The notes below the pieces were generated by a model that did no database searches, was not told the origin of the DNA, and was given only the letters and a program-made list of their open reading frames with translations. This document shows positions 58,342 through 64,000 of a stretch of 64,000 nt of DNA, one piece after another. Source of the DNA: a candidate division FCPU426 bacterium (GTDB lineage Bacteria; Oederibacteriota; Muellerivitia; Muellerivitales; Muellerivitaceae); contig CAWHOE010000035.1 in assembly GCA_963830915.1 (NCBI GenBank), positions 45,284-109,283 on the forward strand. The letters run 5' to 3'. Position 1 is the first letter of the stretch, and the number at the start of each line of letters is the position of its first letter. The translations under genes were made by a program, and so were the position numbers.

Positions 58342-58728
58342 TTTTCCCTTCAGCTTTGTTCTGGGTCCTTGGGTCTAAAAACTACAATGTGAACGTTATC
58401 GGTATTACAACGAGTCCAAGGTGCCTCAAACTCGTAGTTTGTCCTGGATAATTTAAGAAACCAAATGGGTCAGAACAAGCGGGCAGTGCCATTTAATGGC
58501 CCGAAGCGACATTCAAACTACCATCCCACATTACAGACGTAAAGGTCGATTTTCCGCCTAAAATCGCAAAAATGGTCTTGCGAATAAAAGGCTTTCTCTT
58601 CTAAACTAACGACGTTTTCACGCCCATGACTTGAGCCAATGTAAAGAATTTAGAGAAAGCGTGGGATGTACGAAAAAGCTTAAGAACCCTCTCTCATCCA
58701 AGAGAGCGAATTTTGAAGGAGGCGAGAC

Positions 58729-59043
58729 ATGCCGTATGTAATAGGCGAGAAGTGCTTAGGTGAAGTTTACGCGCAATGTGTGGATGTTTGCCCTGTGAAT
58801 TGCATCCATCCGGGCGATTATAAAGGCCAGCCTTTTATGATCATTGATCCCGAAGAGTGCACTGAATGCACCAGTTGTTATTCCGCTTGCCCTATCGGCG
58901 CGATCGTTGAGGGCGCGGACAAGGATCCGGCCTACGCCAAGATCAACGCTGAACTGGCCCCGGCGTTCAAGAACAATGCTCCCCTGACGCCCCGTCCAGC
59001 CAACGATCCACCGAGACGTCCAGAGAACAAACTGGTCAACTGA
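58729..59043 (+). CDS. 7Fe ([3Fe-4S][4Fe-4S]) ferredoxin
   Basis: Cx7Cx3CP and Cx2Cx2Cx3CP motifs; AAGGAGG RBS. Confidence 0.9.
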   Translation: MPYVIGEKCLGEVYAQCVDVCPVNCIHPGDYKGQPFMIIDPEECTECTSCYSACPIGAIVEGADKDPAYAKINAELAPAFKNNAPLTPRPANDPPRRPENKLVN

Positions 59044-59058
59044 TTTTTCTGCAGCAAA

Positions 59059-59094
59059 TAAAAAGGCCTGGTCTTAGGACCGGGCCTTTTTTTA
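59059..59094. terminator. Bidirectional terminator between ferredoxin and thiC
   Basis: AAAAAGGCCTGGTC-TTAG-GACCGGGCCTTTTTTT. Confidence 0.85.
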
Positions 59095-59111
59095 TTTAAG
59101 AACGAAATACT

Positions 59112-60971
<1,860 letters not shown>

Positions 60972-61013
60972 TTAGGTTGATTTGATGCGGATGTTCAATA
61001 AAAGTTAGAATAA

Positions 61014-61042
61014 AGCATAGCCAGGGGCTATGGGGAAAGCAA
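61014..61042 (-). promoter_or_regulatory. Candidate thiC promoter with overlapping palindrome
   Basis: TTGCTT-17 nt-TATGCT; CATAGCC-AGG-GGCTATG at 61016-61032. Confidence 0.55.
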
Positions 61043-61058
61043 CGCAATCCAGGCTTTT

Positions 61059-61481
61059 TCAAGAAAGATGCTTCTCTTCGATTTTATAACATTCGTAGCG
61101 GATGGTTTTGAACTGCCGGGACGCGGGATGACCGATCAGCTTGGAAAATTCCTCCAAGGACCTTAACCCCTCCTGGGCCCTCTTCAAGTTAGCCCTGAAC
61201 AAATCACCGGGGTCTTTCCTGGAACGTTCGGATTTTTCCACGTTTCCCCGTCCAAGGTCCTTTTGGATATCCCGAGCGACGTTCCTCAGCCGGGGGGACT
61301 GAAAAAGGTCTTTTTCGACCAACGTGACCCTATGACGAAGATTTTTGATTTTTTTCAGGAGAATAGGATCGTTGAAGATGAACCTTGCCGTGTCCTCTGC
61401 CACACGCAATCCCTCACGAACACGGTTGCAGTTGGCATCCAATGCCCGGTAAACGGCCAGGTTTTTTGAATTGAGTTTCAA
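61059..61481 (-). CDS. Stand-alone ThiD2-family protein (HMP-P kinase-like)
   Basis: RALDANCNRVREGLRVAED, RH, RDIQKDLG, ANLKRAQEGLRSLEE, RYxxY; next to thiC. Confidence 0.82.
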   Translation of the reverse strand: MKLNSKNLAVYRALDANCNRVREGLRVAEDTARFIFNDPILLKKIKNLRHRVTLVEKDLFQSPRLRNVARDIQKDLGRGNVEKSERSRKDPGDLFRANLKRAQEGLRSLEEFSKLIGHPASRQFKTIRYECYKIEEKHLS

Positions 61482-61506
61482 AAGGGAACCTTCAACCCGC
61501 GCAGAC

Positions 61507-62580
61507 TCATTTCTTTTTGAGAATGGTCTTGACCAGGGTTTTGACCGGGACCTTCACTACCGCGTTCGCGACGGTCTTTTTGCTGAACATCGGGACCGCT
61601 TTCCCGGGCGCCTTCTTGGCCTTGGGGACGGCGCCAGAAGGTTTCAATTCGCTTTTTTTAACGGTACTTTTGTCCTTTTTCTTGTCCTCGTTTTTCTTTT
61701 CATCACGGACAGGAGCGTGATTTTTTTTTGCGTTCGCCTTTTCCATGCCCGGGACAGGATGTTCGGGGTTCTTCGGGAAAAGAGGGACCGTCACTTTGAT
61801 GGATTTCCCTTTTTGCGGTGCTCCCGATGCGGGTTTTGGCTTTCCATCGATATCCAGGGGTCTCTTGGGTTTGGGCGTGTCCTCTTTCAGGAAAAAGCTT
61901 TCCTTCAAGAAAGGGACAGCCGAGATCCGGTTGGTCTTCGCGCAAAAATCCAGGTCTTTCGCGTAACCTTTTCGGATCAGTTCCTTCCCATCCGGGGATT
62001 CCTTGAGCAGGTCCAGTATCCTTCCCTGCCATGGTTTGTAAAGATTGACCGCGTCCTTGGCGCTTTCGGTCAGAACAATGGGCACATTGCCCAGGGTGCT
62101 CTGCAGGAAATCCACCAACATTCCGGCGAAGGCTGAATCCTCCATTTGTCCGGCACAGACGATGACCACGTCCCTTTTCCCCCGAAGGCAGGAATCATAA
62201 ACATCGCTCAAGTTGACGAAGGAACCCAACACGACATATTTCGCGGTGGCCAAGGGGCGAAGATTTGAAGGGGTACTCAGGCAGATGAATCGGTCCTTGA
62301 CCTTCTCCCGACTGGAATCCAGCGGAGACCCGCCCAGATGGAACCCCGGGATCTTATCCCAATCCCGTTCACCAGCCAGAAGCCCTTCACCTCTTTTCAA
62401 TTTTTCGAATTGTTTCTTGGCGGTCGCGGGCTCAGGGCAAAGCGCCACACCAGCCGCTCCGTGGTAAAGATAGACCGGGATGGCCGTGGATGTTCGAAGC
62501 ACATCCACCAGGACTACCGTGGCGTTTTGTATGACCGTGGGCTTCACGGCTTTGGGATCGAAATAAACGGTTATCTTCAA
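61507..62580 (-). CDS. 2-phosphosulfolactate phosphatase (ComB)-like protein with Lys-rich C-terminal tail
   Basis: VDVLRTST, GER, GxSP, CAG..ED, GY.KDLDFC; ~130-aa K/P-rich extension. Confidence 0.75.
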   Translation of the reverse strand: MKITVYFDPKAVKPTVIQNATVVLVDVLRTSTAIPVYLYHGAAGVALCPEPATAKKQFEKLKRGEGLLAGERDWDKIPGFHLGGSPLDSSREKVKDRFICLSTPSNLRPLATAKYVVLGSFVNLSDVYDSCLRGKRDVVIVCAGQMEDSAFAGMLVDFLQSTLGNVPIVLTESAKDAVNLYKPWQGRILDLLKESPDGKELIRKGYAKDLDFCAKTNRISAVPFLKESFFLKEDTPKPKRPLDIDGKPKPASGAPQKGKSIKVTVPLFPKNPEHPVPGMEKANAKKNHAPVRDEKKNEDKKKDKSTVKKSELKPSGAVPKAKKAPGKAVPMFSKKTVANAVVKVPVKTLVKTILKKK

Positions 62581-62642
62581 AGTTCACTCTCCGGATCAGC
62601 GATTTCTGCGATCAAAAAGCGGAAAACCTAAAATCTTCCCAA

Positions 62643-64000
62643 CTAATCCTTGCCGATCTCCTCGTTCTTTTTCTTCATGAATTTTTCCACGAAATGGGTG
62701 GAATAATTCCCGCGGCGGAAAGTCTCGCTTTCCAGGATGGTCTTCAGGAATCCGGTGGTCGTATGGATCCCATCCACCACCATCTCATCCAAAGCCCGGA
62801 TCATCCGGCGGATAGCCTCCTGACGGTTAGGGGCATGAACGATGATCTTGGCCAAAAGCGAATCATAATAAGGTGGAACGCGATAGCCCTGGTAAAGATG
62901 GGTATCTACCCGAACGCCCGGACCGCCTGGCACGTGATAGGTCGTGATCAATCCAGGGGATGGCCGGAAACCATCTTCCGGGTTTTCTGCGTTGATCCGG
63001 CATTCAATGGCGTGACCCCGGGGCTCCATGATGTCCTTGACCACCGAAAGTCTTTCTCCCGCGGCTACCTTGATCTGTTCCTTGATGATATCCACGCCCA
63101 TGATCAACTCGGTGACAGGGTGTTCCACCTGGACCCGGGTATTCATTTCCATGAAATAGAAATCCCCATCTTTGTTCATAAGGAACTCGATGGTCCCGGC
63201 CGAGTTGTAGTTCACTTGTTTCGCCAGTTTCAAGGCGTATTTACCCAGCTTTTTCCTTTGACGAGCGTTCAAAACCGGCGAAGGCGCCTCTTCGATTAGT
63301 TTCTGATGGTTGCGTTGGATCGTGCAATCCCGCTCGCCCAAATGGATGACATGCCCGTATTGGTCCCCCAATATCTGGACCTCGATATGGCGGGGCTCCT
63401 CAACGTATTTTTCGATATAAACCTCAGGATTCCCAAAAGCCGCTTCCGCTTCGGTTCGGGCTGTTTGAAAAGCCTTGGTCAGGGATATATCGGTATGGGC
63501 GATACGCATGCCCTTGCCGCCGCCACCCGCCGAGGCTTTGATGATGACCGGGTACTTGATGCGATGAGCGATCTCCAAAGCCGCTTTCTCATCCTTGACC
63601 GGGCCATTACTCCCCGGCGTCGTGGGCAGACCAGCCTTGATGGCGGTCCTAATAGCGGCCACTTTATCGCCCATCAGGCGGATGACCTCGGGTTTGGGTC
63701 CGATGAAAGTGATCTGACAGCTAGCGCAAACCTCCGCGAAATGCGCGTTCTCGGCCAGGAAGCCGTAACCTGGATGGATAGCTTCGGCATCCGTGATCTC
63801 CGCGGCGCTGATGAGCGCCGGGATGTTCAAATAGCTGTCCTTGCTGGAAGCCTTCCCGATACAAACGCTTTCGTCGGCTAAATGCACATGCAGGGAATCG
63901 GCGTCCGCCTGTGAATGCACCGAAACGGTCTTGATCCCCAATTCCTTACAGGCGCGGATGATCCGGATGGCGATCTCTCCACGGTTAGCGATGAGTATTT
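62643..64000 (-). CDS. accC: Acetyl-CoA carboxylase biotin carboxylase subunit (start just outside window)
   Basis: [11 protein letters not shown] at window edge, [35 protein letters not shown]. Confidence 0.98.
   Translation of the reverse strand, partial: ILIANRGEIAIRIIRACKELGIKTVSVHSQADADSLHVHLADESVCIGKASSKDSYLNIPALISAAEITDAEAIHPGYGFLAENAHFAEVCASCQITFIGPKPEVIRLMGDKVAAIRTAIKAGLPTTPGSNGPVKDEKAALEIAHRIKYPVIIKASAGGGGKGMRIAHTDISLTKAFQTARTEAEAAFGNPEVYIEKYVEEPRHIEVQILGDQYGHVIHLGERDCTIQRNHQKLIEEAPSPVLNARQRKKLGKYALKLAKQVNYNSAGTIEFLMNKDGDFYFMEMNTRVQVEHPVTELIMGVDIIKEQIKVAAGERLSVVKDIMEPRGHAIECRINAENPEDGFRPSPGLITTYHVPGGPGVRVDTHLYQGYRVPPYYDSLLAKIIVHAPNRQEAIRRMIRALDEMVVDGIHTTTGFLKTILESETFRRGNYSTHFVEKFMKKKNEEIGKD

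Overview
Bacterial chromosomal window from a diderm organism (outer-membrane beta-barrel, PilQ secretin). Taxonomy cannot be fixed from sequence alone; gene order resembles deltaproteobacteria-like or other deep-branching diderm lineages. Almost all genes are on the minus strand. Contents: folD (partial), an HTH-REC regulator, yajC, a porin-like protein with a long structured leader, glmS, rsmA-pdxA, PIN-PhoH, rsmI, dusB, tsaD, an ftsEX-envC-ctpA-deacetylase cluster, mltG-ruvX-alaS, tilS-ftsH-folE-folP-cdaA-cdaR-pdxJ, folate genes (metF, folB-folK fusion, pteridine reductase), three tRNAs, a TPR-roadblock/roadblock/ftsB unit, aroC-aroK, a type IVa pilus locus (pilB,T,C,A,D,M,N,O,P,Q), aroE-rsmE-dnaJ, a 7Fe ferredoxin, thiC-thiD2, a ComB-like protein and accC (partial). 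No integrase, transposase gene or CRISPR array was seen. Most notable: (1) a tandem 40-nt hairpin duplication with compensatory changes and CIRCE-like N9 geometry in the ~265-nt porin leader; (2) an FtsE with nearly all ABC catalytic motifs degenerate; (3) a smooth AT-rich trough over core genes centred on the pilus/aro region; (4) a TPR-roadblock fusion plus roadblock gene linked to ftsB; (5) a pilin-like protein without a class III signal peptide; (6) a MITE, REP-like elements and a 54-bp minisatellite; (7) several single-base frameshifts that may be assembly errors. All product calls come from motif recognition by eye; no database searches were run.
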